Assembly (NCBI GenBank): GCA_964609475.1
Contig: CAZSRY010000002.1
Span: 1-37,015, forward strand
DNA: 37,015 nucleotides
Reading direction: 5' to 3'
DNA from: an uncultured Dehalococcoidia bacterium
GTDB taxonomy: Bacteria > Chloroflexota > Dehalococcoidia > DSTF01 > JALHUB01
Under the pieces are notes generated by a model, which saw only the letters and a program-made list of their open reading frames with translations, was not told the origin of the DNA and ran no database searches. Shown here piece after piece: positions 18,733 through 26,505 of this stretch (positions are counted from its first letter, which is position 1; the number at the start of each line of letters is the position of its first letter). The position numbers and the translations under genes were made by a program.

Positions 18733-19272
18733 CTAGAACCTGGGCAGTCTCGAGGCGATGCTGGCCAGTCTTGGATGATCGATCACGAAGCGCAGCTCAA
18801 GCAGGTACAGGATCTTGCTCAGGTCTTTGATCGCGCTCAGCGGTGTCTCACGACCTTCGACAAGTTCGACCAGCTCCTCCTGCATATCCTTGAGGTAGTC
18901 CTCAGCGGATCTGCTGTCCACCATGCCTTCCAGGTAGCGGAGGATCTCTCCGTACTCTTCTTTGTCCAGCCAGATGCCGTTGCATTCAGAGCATATGTCT
19001 ACGGCGATAGATGATTCGCCGTAGTGCACCGTGGTCATCGGACTGCCGTCCCTGGGACAGGCGTAGCGCTGCTGTCTCCGCGCGCGGAACTTATCGATGT
19101 CCTTCCACAGATCAAAGTCGATCCAGCAGTAATCGCCCCGGGAACCCTTGTCCTTCAGCACCCGCAGTTCGTCTTTGTCGTACCAGGTGCCGGCGCACTT
19201 GGGGCAGCGCTCGACCTGAACGCGACTGATGGTGATGGTTTCGAGGGGTTGGTGGCACTTGGGGCAGTCCAT
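18733..19272 (-). CDS. Tandem zf-TFIIB-type zinc-ribbon protein with a helical C-terminal region
   Basis: The first ribbon is CPKCHQPL...CPKCAGTWYDKDELRVL and has all four Cys. The second is degenerate (CPRDGSPM...CSECNGIWLDKEEYGEIL). The ATG at 19272 is preceded by GGAGAGGAAAGG. Confidence 0.75.
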   Translation of the reverse strand: MDCPKCHQPLETITISRVQVERCPKCAGTWYDKDELRVLKDKGSRGDYCWIDFDLWKDIDKFRARRQQRYACPRDGSPMTTVHYGESSIAVDICSECNGIWLDKEEYGEILRYLEGMVDSRSAEDYLKDMQEELVELVEGRETPLSAIKDLSKILYLLELRFVIDHPRLASIASRLPRF

Positions 19273-19445
19273 GAATACCTTTCCTCTCCAGAAGACCACG
19301 TACCCGCGCTCTGAGACCTGACCTGTCCTACGCCAGGGAGCCTGTCATGGCCGGTCAGTGCGACTCCGGCCAGGTCATCTTCGGGCACGGAATGGCGCTT
19401 GTCAAGTATGGATTGGCCTTTGCTGTCGCATCTTCGTTCTCAATG

Positions 19446-19454
19446 TGGTAGAGT
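19446..19454 (+). promoter_or_regulatory. Extended -10 (TGgTAGAGT) about 10 nt before the DD-carboxypeptidase ATG; possible leaderless mRNA
   Basis: The sequence tggtagagt lies at 19446-19454 and the ATG is at 19464. There is no SD in between. Confidence 0.35.
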
Positions 19455-19463
19455 AGGGCGCGG

Positions 19464-20444
19464 ATGGGCTCTGCCAATCGTGGCCGCGACGACGCCTCTC
19501 TGGCCACCGTAGCGGCGGTGGCGATACTGGCGGCTCTTCTCGCCTTCCGCTGGTTCGGCCCCTTCACCTCCGCCGCCTCCCCCGACTGCAATGGGGACTG
19601 CTCCTCCCTCTCCGTCACTACCGGCGACGCCGCCCTCAGCGACGCCGCTCGCATGACAACCACCCGCACCGACGAGGGCGAGGCGCCGACCGTCACTGCC
19701 CAGTCGGTGGCGATCGTGGATGAGGCCTGTGGGACGCTCATCTTCTCCAAGAACCCCCATCGCCGACTGCCGCCGGCCAGCCTCACCAAGATCGTCACCG
19801 CCATCATCGCCCTGGAGACAGCGGACCTGAATGACGTCGTCACCGTCGATGTGGACGGCTTCTACTACGGCGACGGCACGGTCATGGGGCTGGAGACGGG
19901 AATGCAGATGTCGCTGCAGGACCTCATGTACGGCCTGCTGCTCCCCTCCGGCAACGATGCCGCCGTCGCCATCGCCAGGTACGTGGCCGGCGACGTCCCC
20001 GCCTTCGTCGCCAGGATGAATGCCAAGGTGCGGACCCTCGGGCTCCAGGACACCCACTTCACCAACCCTCATGGCCTCGATGCCCCCAGCCACTACTCCT
20101 CGGCCTACGACATGGCCATGCTGGCCCGTTACGCCATGAAGAACCCCATCCTGGCCCAGATCGTGAGCACCCAAGTCTGGCAGCCCGCCTGGGACGGCCC
20201 GCAGCTCTGGAACGGCAACCTCCTGCTCTGGCTCTATCCAGGCAGCGACGGCGTCAAGATCGGCTGGACCGAGAAGGCGGGCCAGACCATCGTCGCCTCC
20301 GCCCAGCGCGACGGCCGCCGCCTTTTCGTCGCCCTGCTGGGCAGCGAAGACCGCTACAGCGATGCCATAATGCTGCTCGATTGGGCCTTCGACAGCTCCG
20401 CCTGGAGCCGTTCCGGAGGGGCCTGCGGCGTCGGCGGGCCCTGA
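19464..20444 (+). CDS. D-alanyl-D-alanine carboxypeptidase (serine peptidase S11, PBP5-like)
   Basis: The N-terminus has a signal or anchor sequence. The three PBP motifs are present: SLTK (SxxK), SGND (SxN) and KIGWT (KxG). Confidence 0.85.
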   Translation: MGSANRGRDDASLATVAAVAILAALLAFRWFGPFTSAASPDCNGDCSSLSVTTGDAALSDAARMTTTRTDEGEAPTVTAQSVAIVDEACGTLIFSKNPHRRLPPASLTKIVTAIIALETADLNDVVTVDVDGFYYGDGTVMGLETGMQMSLQDLMYGLLLPSGNDAAVAIARYVAGDVPAFVARMNAKVRTLGLQDTHFTNPHGLDAPSHYSSAYDMAMLARYAMKNPILAQIVSTQVWQPAWDGPQLWNGNLLLWLYPGSDGVKIGWTEKAGQTIVASAQRDGRRLFVALLGSEDRYSDAIMLLDWAFDSSAWSRSGGACGVGGP

Positions 20445-20456
20445 GGAGACACCTGG

Positions 20457-21695
20457 TTAGTAGATAACCTGCTCCTCCGCCAGCCTCTCTATCTCCTCCT
20501 GCGACATCCCCAGCAGCTCACCCAGCACATAGTCGTTGTGCTGCCCCAAGAGGGGGCCCGGTCGCCGGATCTGGGCCGGCGTCTTCGAGAATCTCCACGT
20601 CGGGCCGACCACCTTACTCCTGCCCAGGGCGGGATGGTCAACCTCCTCGATAGTACGCCGGTTCTGGATGTGGACGTCCTGCACCATTGAGGGGCCGTCA
20701 AAGACCGGCATGGCCGCCACGCCGACCCTCTGCAGGGATTGCATCACCTCATGAGGACTCTGGCCAGCGGTCCACTCGCCGATGATCCTGTCTAGCTCCT
20801 CTTGGTTCTTCCAGCGGCTGTAGGCATCGGCGAAGCGTTCGTCCTCGGTCAGCCGAGCGTCGCCGATGACGCGACACAGGGACCGCCACTCCTCCTCCGT
20901 GCCCACGGCGATCGTCACCCACTCGTTCTCTCCCCGGCCTTGCCTACCGGCAGGCAGGCAGTGATAGCAGTTGTGAGGGGCCATGATCTGGTCGCGGTTG
21001 CCCATCCGGTTCTGCACACGCCTGTTCATGGTGTAGTCCATGAACGCATCCCCCATGAGGGCGCTCACCGCCTCCGCCGACGAAAGGTCGATGTACTGCC
21101 CCTTGCCGGTGCGCTGCCGGTAGTACAGGGCGGCCAGGACGGCGAAGGCGGAGGTGCTTCCTACCCGCAGGTCGATAACTCCCATCAGGGGGGCGGGGCG
21201 GCCGCCGGCCCGTCCCGTGATGTAGGCAAGGCCGCCCATGGCGGCGAACGTCGGCGCGTAGCCCGTATACAGGCGCTCGGGGCCGCTGGCCCCCACCGCC
21301 GACGAGGACAGCATGATGATATCGGGCCTTATCGCTCTTAGGTCCTCATAGCCCAAGCCCAGCCTCTCCATGACGCCGGGCCGCATGTTCTGGGTGACGA
21401 CGTCGCTTATACCGGCCAGCGCCCTCGCTATCTCCACCGCCTTGGGCTGGCTCAGGTTCAGGGTCACGCTCAGCTTATTGAGATTCAGCGTATTGAAGAT
21501 GAACGAGTGATCGGGTCCCGTCATACTCGGCCCCGAGACCAGAGAGCGCAACCGCGAATGGTCCAGGCGACGGCGGCTCTCCACCTTGATCACCTCCGCC
21601 CCCAGCAGGGCCAGGAGCAGGGTCGCCTGCGGCCCGGCCCACGCCCAGGTGAAATCGAGTACCCTGATTCCCTCCAAGGGGGCTCGCTTAGTCAC
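20457..21695 (-). CDS. Family III CoA-transferase (CaiB/BaiF family)
   Basis: The N-terminus LEGIRVLDFTWAWAGPQATLLLALLGAEVIKVE is typical of the family. The start is GTG with a GGAGAGGA SD. It lies 19 nt downstream of its paralog. Confidence 0.9.
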   Translation of the reverse strand: MTKRAPLEGIRVLDFTWAWAGPQATLLLALLGAEVIKVESRRRLDHSRLRSLVSGPSMTGPDHSFIFNTLNLNKLSVTLNLSQPKAVEIARALAGISDVVTQNMRPGVMERLGLGYEDLRAIRPDIIMLSSSAVGASGPERLYTGYAPTFAAMGGLAYITGRAGGRPAPLMGVIDLRVGSTSAFAVLAALYYRQRTGKGQYIDLSSAEAVSALMGDAFMDYTMNRRVQNRMGNRDQIMAPHNCYHCLPAGRQGRGENEWVTIAVGTEEEWRSLCRVIGDARLTEDERFADAYSRWKNQEELDRIIGEWTAGQSPHEVMQSLQRVGVAAMPVFDGPSMVQDVHIQNRRTIEEVDHPALGRSKVVGPTWRFSKTPAQIRRPGPLLGQHNDYVLGELLGMSQEEIERLAEEQVIY

Positions 21696-21714
21696 CTAAA
21701 GAATCCTCTCCTGT

Positions 21715-22920
21715 CTAGATAATCCCCGCCGCGCTCAGCCTCGACAGATCGTGACGGGAATAGCCCAGGCGACGGCAATAGACCTCCTCATTGTCCTGGC
21801 CCATCAGGGGGGCTGCCCGCTCGCCCCGCCAGGGCGTCTCCGACATCTTGTAGGCGGCGGTCGGATAGCTGAGCCTCCCTGCCTGGGGGTGCTCCAGCTC
21901 AGCGAAGAAGCCCCGGTGCTGAACCTGCTGCCAGTTGAACACCTCGGCCGTCGTGTTCACCGGCCCCAGGGGAACGCTGTGGCTCTGGGCCAGGTGGTAC
22001 AGCTCATCCTTGGTGTATTGGGCCACCCACTCCTCCAGGCGCGGCTGGATCTCCTCATGATGCTGAGCGCGCACCGTCTCGTCGCGAAACTCCTCCCGCT
22101 GCGCCCACTCCGGATTGCCCATCGCCTCAACCAGTCCCTGCCACTGATGATCCTGGGGGAGAACAAGGAGCACGTAGCCGTCCTTGCAGGCCATGAGGCC
22201 GCCCGACGGCATCCCGATGCGAGCGGGGGCGGTCGGGCCGTCGGCGAAGCGGGACACATCCACCCGCTCCAGGCTGATCAGGGTGTCCTGCTTGGAGACA
22301 TCGATATACTGGCCCTCCCCCATAGCCGTGCGAGCCAGCAGGGCGGCTACACAGGCGATGCCTGCGTTAAGTCCGCTGTCATACTCGCCCACGTATCCGC
22401 CCGGCGGCACCGGCTCGCGGGTGTCCTTGATGAGCTGAGCTATGAAGAACTGGGTCGAGTGGGCGCTGGCGTGGTGCAGGTTGAGGGGATAGCACTTATA
22501 GTCGCGATAGGGCCCCTTTTGCCCGAAGGGCGTTATGGAGGTCATTATGAGCTGCGGGTTGAGGGCGCTCAGGCTCTTGTAGTCGAGCCCCAGCCCTCGC
22601 ATCTGTCCCGGCCGACGGTCCTCAACGAGGATGTCTGTCTCCCCTACCAGCTTTCTGAAGATCTGCTTCCCCGTGGCCGTGCGGACGTTCAGAGTAATGC
22701 CCAGCTTATTGGTGTTGAGATAGAGGAAGAGGCCGCTCTTCTCAGGATGGGGGACATCGTCGAGAAAGGGGCCCCGGCGGCGGGCCCCGTCGCCTGTCCG
22801 TGGCTCCTCGATCTTTATCACCTCGGCCCCCAGATCAGCGAGGAGCTTCCCGCAGTAGGGGCCGGCCACCATGTCGCAGTACTCTAGGACTCTAACTCCC
22901 TCGAGGGCCCTCTCCGTCAT
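21715..22920 (-). CDS. Family III CoA-transferase (CaiB/BaiF family), paralog
   Basis: LEGVRVLEYCDMVAGPYCGKLLADLGAEVIKIEEP is present. I prefer the ATG at 22920 (MTERALEG...), which fits the usual family N-terminal length. The track uses GTG at 22956. Confidence 0.88.
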   Translation of the reverse strand: MTERALEGVRVLEYCDMVAGPYCGKLLADLGAEVIKIEEPRTGDGARRRGPFLDDVPHPEKSGLFLYLNTNKLGITLNVRTATGKQIFRKLVGETDILVEDRRPGQMRGLGLDYKSLSALNPQLIMTSITPFGQKGPYRDYKCYPLNLHHASAHSTQFFIAQLIKDTREPVPPGGYVGEYDSGLNAGIACVAALLARTAMGEGQYIDVSKQDTLISLERVDVSRFADGPTAPARIGMPSGGLMACKDGYVLLVLPQDHQWQGLVEAMGNPEWAQREEFRDETVRAQHHEEIQPRLEEWVAQYTKDELYHLAQSHSVPLGPVNTTAEVFNWQQVQHRGFFAELEHPQAGRLSYPTAAYKMSETPWRGERAAPLMGQDNEEVYCRRLGYSRHDLSRLSAAGII

Positions 22921-23204
22921 CGCTTTGCCATTTCCTATTTCACCCAGCGCATCCACTCAGCACCGACGAAATCACAGCAATGCTACCTAGCCTTATCTAC
23001 TGTAGCATAGGCCTCCTAAAGCCAAAAGGCCCGTCCAGAGCAAGTCGCTTGACTGGCAGACGGCGTGGCCCTGCTCGCCTGGGGGCTACCATCGCCCCTC
23101 TCGCCGCCCTCGGCCCCGCAGCGCCGATTGACTTTTGCTCAGCCCGTCATCTACGTTGGGAGTAACAAGCGTCTCGTCTCAATGGGCCGGGCAAGGAGGA
23201 CGCC

Positions 23205-24611
23205 ATGGTAGGCATCAGATGCGCTGGGGCGTACATACCCAAGTACCGTTTGGGCAAAGAGACCGCGGGATGGCACTCGTCCGCCGAGAAGGCGGTGGCC
23301 AACTTCGATGAGGACAGCGTGACCATGGCCGTGGCCGCCGGCATGGACTGCCTCCGCGGCATAGACAGGTCTCAGGTGGACGGCATCCTGTTCGCCACCA
23401 CCAGTCCCCCCTATCTTGAGAAACAGAACGCCGCTATCGTCGCCGCCGCCCTCGACCTCAGGCGCGACATCTTCAGCGCCGACGTCACCAACGTACTGAG
23501 GGCTGGGACTACGGCCCTGCGCCTGGCCGCCGAGAGCATCGGCAGCGGCTCGGCCAAGAACGTCCTGGTCATAGCCGCCGACTCGCGTCTCACCCTTCCC
23601 AGAGACCCCCTCGAGGCCAGCGTCGGCGACGGCGCCGCCGCCCTCCTCCTGGCGAAGGACAACGTGGGCGCCGAGATCGAGGCCGGCTACCACGTCACCG
23701 ACAGCATGCTTGACGTCTGGCGCTCCAAGGAAGATACCTTCGTCAGGTCCTGGGAAGACCGCTTCGTCATTGAGGAGGGGTTCCTGCGCGTCATCCCCGA
23801 GGCCGTCTCCGCCTTCATGTCCAAGAACAAGCTGCTCCCCAAGGACTTTCAGAAGGCCGTCTACTACTCCAACGACGCCCGCAGGCATGGCCAGCTGGGG
23901 CGAAGGCTGGGATTCGAGGAGGAGCAGATCCAGGACCCCCTCTACGGGCAGGTGGGCAACACCGGTGCTGCCTTCCCCCTCCTTCTCCTGGTGGCGGCGC
24001 TGGAGGAGGCGAAGCCCGGCGACCGCATCCTGGTGGCCGGCTACGGCGACGGCTGCGACGTCTACTCCGTCAAGGCCAACGAGAAGATCAGCAAGGTGAG
24101 CGACGGACGTCGGGGCGTGAAGGCGCACCTGGAATCGAAGCGCCTCCTGGAGAGCTACGTCGAGTACAGCCGCTGGCGGGAGCTCATCACCACCGCTGCC
24201 GCCCGCCGACCACCCCTTCCCACCCCGTCCGTCTCCGCCCTCTGGCGCGAGACCGACAAGAACATCCGTCTATACGGCGCCCGCTGCAAGGACTGCGGCT
24301 ACCTGCAGTACCCGCCCCAGCGAGTCTGCGTCAAGTGCCAGAGCAAGGACAACTTCGAGAAAGAGAGGCTATCCGACAAGCGCGCCGAGATATTCACCTA
24401 CTCCATGGACTACGTCGCGGGCACACCCGATGTCCCCCTCGTCATCCCGGTGATAAACTTCGAGGGAGGCGGCCGGATGCTGTGCATGATGACCGACCGC
24501 GACCTTGACGACGTTAAGATCGGCCTGCCGGTAGAGATGAGCTTCCGGAAGCTGCGCACCGTCGGCGGCGTCCACAACTACTACTGGAAGTCGACCCCGG
24601 TCAGGGCCTAG
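23205..24611 (+). CDS. HMG-CoA-synthase-like (thiolase-fold) domain fused to a DUF35 zinc-ribbon/OB-fold domain
   Basis: The N-terminal part resembles archaeal-type HMGCS (MVGIRCAGAYIPKYRLG, NFDEDSVTMAV, ATTSPPYLEKQNAAIVAAAL, GYGDGCD). The C-terminal part is CKDCGYLQYPPQRVCVKCQS plus an OB fold. AAGGAGGA lies 4 nt upstream of the ATG. Confidence 0.8.
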   Translation: MVGIRCAGAYIPKYRLGKETAGWHSSAEKAVANFDEDSVTMAVAAGMDCLRGIDRSQVDGILFATTSPPYLEKQNAAIVAAALDLRRDIFSADVTNVLRAGTTALRLAAESIGSGSAKNVLVIAADSRLTLPRDPLEASVGDGAAALLLAKDNVGAEIEAGYHVTDSMLDVWRSKEDTFVRSWEDRFVIEEGFLRVIPEAVSAFMSKNKLLPKDFQKAVYYSNDARRHGQLGRRLGFEEEQIQDPLYGQVGNTGAAFPLLLLVAALEEAKPGDRILVAGYGDGCDVYSVKANEKISKVSDGRRGVKAHLESKRLLESYVEYSRWRELITTAAARRPPLPTPSVSALWRETDKNIRLYGARCKDCGYLQYPPQRVCVKCQSKDNFEKERLSDKRAEIFTYSMDYVAGTPDVPLVIPVINFEGGGRMLCMMTDRDLDDVKIGLPVEMSFRKLRTVGGVHNYYWKSTPVRA

Positions 24612-24629
24612 CCTGAGGAGGGGAGCACT

Positions 24630-25808
24630 ATGGAGGGCATCAAAGACAGAGTCGCCATCGTCGGCATGGGCTGCACCAAGTTCGGCGAGCGCTGGGAAGT
24701 GGACGGCATCGACCTGCTGGTCGAGGCCTGCTACGAGGCCTACGAGGACGCCGGAATAGAGCCCGACGACATCCAGGCAGCCTGGCTGGGCACCGTTGGC
24801 ACCTTCGCCACGGGGCAGCCCCTGGCCAGGGCGCTGAAGCTCGACTACGTCCCTATTACCCGCGTGGAGAACGCCTGCGCCACCGCCACCGACGCCTTCC
24901 GGAACGCCGCCTACGCCGTCGCCGCCGGCATCTACGACGTCGTGCTGGCGGCGGGCGTGGAGAAGCTGAAGGACACCGGGTTCACCGGTCTCAGCCTCGC
25001 GGAGGCCGCCGGTTCCAACGTCGACCCGCCCGTTCCCCCGCCGTCCCAGTTCGCCATGGTTGCCACCAGGTACTTCCATCACTACGGCCTCTCCTACGAG
25101 GAGGGAAAGAAGACCCTGGCCCAGATAGCGGTCAAGAACCACTACAACGGCAGCCTGCATCCCAAGGCCCACCTCCGCCGCGAGATAACGGTCGAGCAGG
25201 CGTTGAAGGCCCCCATGATCGCCTGGCCCTTGGGTCTCTTCGATTGCTGTGGGGTCAGCGACGGCGCTGCCGCCGCCATCATCACCCGTCCCGACATCGC
25301 CCGCGGCATGAACCCCGACTACGTCCTCGTGAAAGGGCTGGGGGTAGCCGTCGGCGGCATGCAGGGGCTTCTCCTGGACGACTACGACTTCGTTCACTTC
25401 CCGGAGAACGTCAACGCCGCCCGCCGCGCCTACGAGGAGGCCGGGATCAAGGACCCCCGCCAGGAGATAGACCTGGCCGAGGTGCACGACTGCTTCACCA
25501 TCACCGAGCTGGTAATCTACGAAGACCTCGGCTTCAGCCCCAGGGGCAAGGCCAGGGAGGATGTGGAGGCCGGCTCCTTCACCCTGCGCGAGGGCGATCT
25601 TCCCATCAACCCCGACGGCGGCCTCAAATGCTTCGGCCACCCGATCGGCGCCAGCGGCCTGCGGATGATCTATGAGGTCTACAAGCAGCTCCAGGGCAAG
25701 GCGGGCGACCGTCAACTCAAGAAGGCCGACATCGGTCTCACCCACAACCTGGGTGGTATGCCGGGCTCCTTCACCTGCTCCGTAGCCGTCTTTGGGGGCA
25801 AGAGTTGA
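24630..25808 (+). CDS. SCP-x/archaeal-type thiolase (the usual partner of DUF35 proteins)
   Basis: DRVAIVGMGCTKFGERW is the N-terminal motif. VENACATATDAF carries the nucleophile Cys, and CFGHPIGASGLRM is present. The gene starts 19 nt after the fusion gene and has a GAGGAGGGGAG SD. Confidence 0.87.
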   Translation: MEGIKDRVAIVGMGCTKFGERWEVDGIDLLVEACYEAYEDAGIEPDDIQAAWLGTVGTFATGQPLARALKLDYVPITRVENACATATDAFRNAAYAVAAGIYDVVLAAGVEKLKDTGFTGLSLAEAAGSNVDPPVPPPSQFAMVATRYFHHYGLSYEEGKKTLAQIAVKNHYNGSLHPKAHLRREITVEQALKAPMIAWPLGLFDCCGVSDGAAAAIITRPDIARGMNPDYVLVKGLGVAVGGMQGLLLDDYDFVHFPENVNAARRAYEEAGIKDPRQEIDLAEVHDCFTITELVIYEDLGFSPRGKAREDVEAGSFTLREGDLPINPDGGLKCFGHPIGASGLRMIYEVYKQLQGKAGDRQLKKADIGLTHNLGGMPGSFTCSVAVFGGKS

Positions 25809-25973
25809 CAGTTAGTGCCGTCGGCGGCAGGCGCCATTCGACCGCCGAAGATATGCCCGCCCGGAATATGTCGCACCCAGGGCGGGCTGGAAGCTTTCAG
25901 CCACGAACGTGGTTCACTGCGATAGCTGCTGGTTGGCAGCTACTGTCAGGCGGGCCTTCACCTAAGCAGCGCG

Positions 25974-26246
25974 CTATTGCTGCTGGATCTTCAGGCGTGG
26001 GCCCTCAGGTCCCTGCTCGACGTCAATCACGGCCTCTTCCAGCTTCTCTGCCACGTCCGGCGCGACCAGAAGGACGGTTCTGCCCTCTGTATCGTGGACC
26101 TCGTCATCCTTCTGCGCCGAGTCCACTGCCAGAGCGTAGCCGGCCTCGGGCTGATGGACCAGCCGTAAGCACTGATCATCTTCCAACGAGCTGGCCTGGA
26201 TGCTGGTCAGAAGTAGGTTCGCAGCATCGTTAGTCACTTCTACCAT
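25974..26246 (-). CDS. Small HesB/IscA-fold-like protein lacking the cluster-ligand cysteines
   Basis: The pattern MVEVTNDAANLL...LRLV...GYALAVDSAQKDDEV.DTEGRTVLLV...L..AVIDV mirrors IscA, but there is no CGCG tail. AAAGGAGGT lies 9-10 nt upstream of the ATG at 26246. Confidence 0.5.
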   Translation of the reverse strand: MVEVTNDAANLLLTSIQASSLEDDQCLRLVHQPEAGYALAVDSAQKDDEVHDTEGRTVLLVAPDVAEKLEEAVIDVEQGPEGPRLKIQQQ

Positions 26247-26505
26247 GATGGGAGTACCTCCTTTCAAGCACTACGGCTTTCAGTCTACAGGGCCTGTCAA
26301 GCGGGGTTAGGGGGTGTTTGGGGCAGGAAATGCTCTCCAGATCGACTATCAGGCGGCAGATGGCAGCCAATGCCAGCGCCCTGCTGCTAGATCAGCGAGG
26401 GTGAGGTAGACACCCTGAGAAATGGTGAGAAAGAGGGTACGCTGCTCAGACGATCGGTCGACGGGACGTGTTCGGCTCGCCACGAGCCTCTAGAGGGATA
26501 GACAG

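Noticed and set aside
22981-23007. An inverted repeat TGCTAC-N15-GTAGCA containing the palindrome CTACTGTAG, in the divergent region between the CoA-transferase and HMGCS-like genes. I considered it as an operator.
   Set aside because: The arms are short (6 bp) and the spacer is long. No regulator gene is nearby, and I could not find a second copy. It is too weak to report as a feature.
24369-25745. A 458-aa minus-strand ORF. Similar cases are 23151-24128 (-), 21751-22887 (+), 26446-27330 (-), 19440-20174 (-), 14922-15584 (-) and 28527-29249 (-).
   Set aside because: All of them mirror strongly supported genes on the opposite strand. They have biased Gly/Arg/Asp/His composition and lack recognisable domains or SDs.
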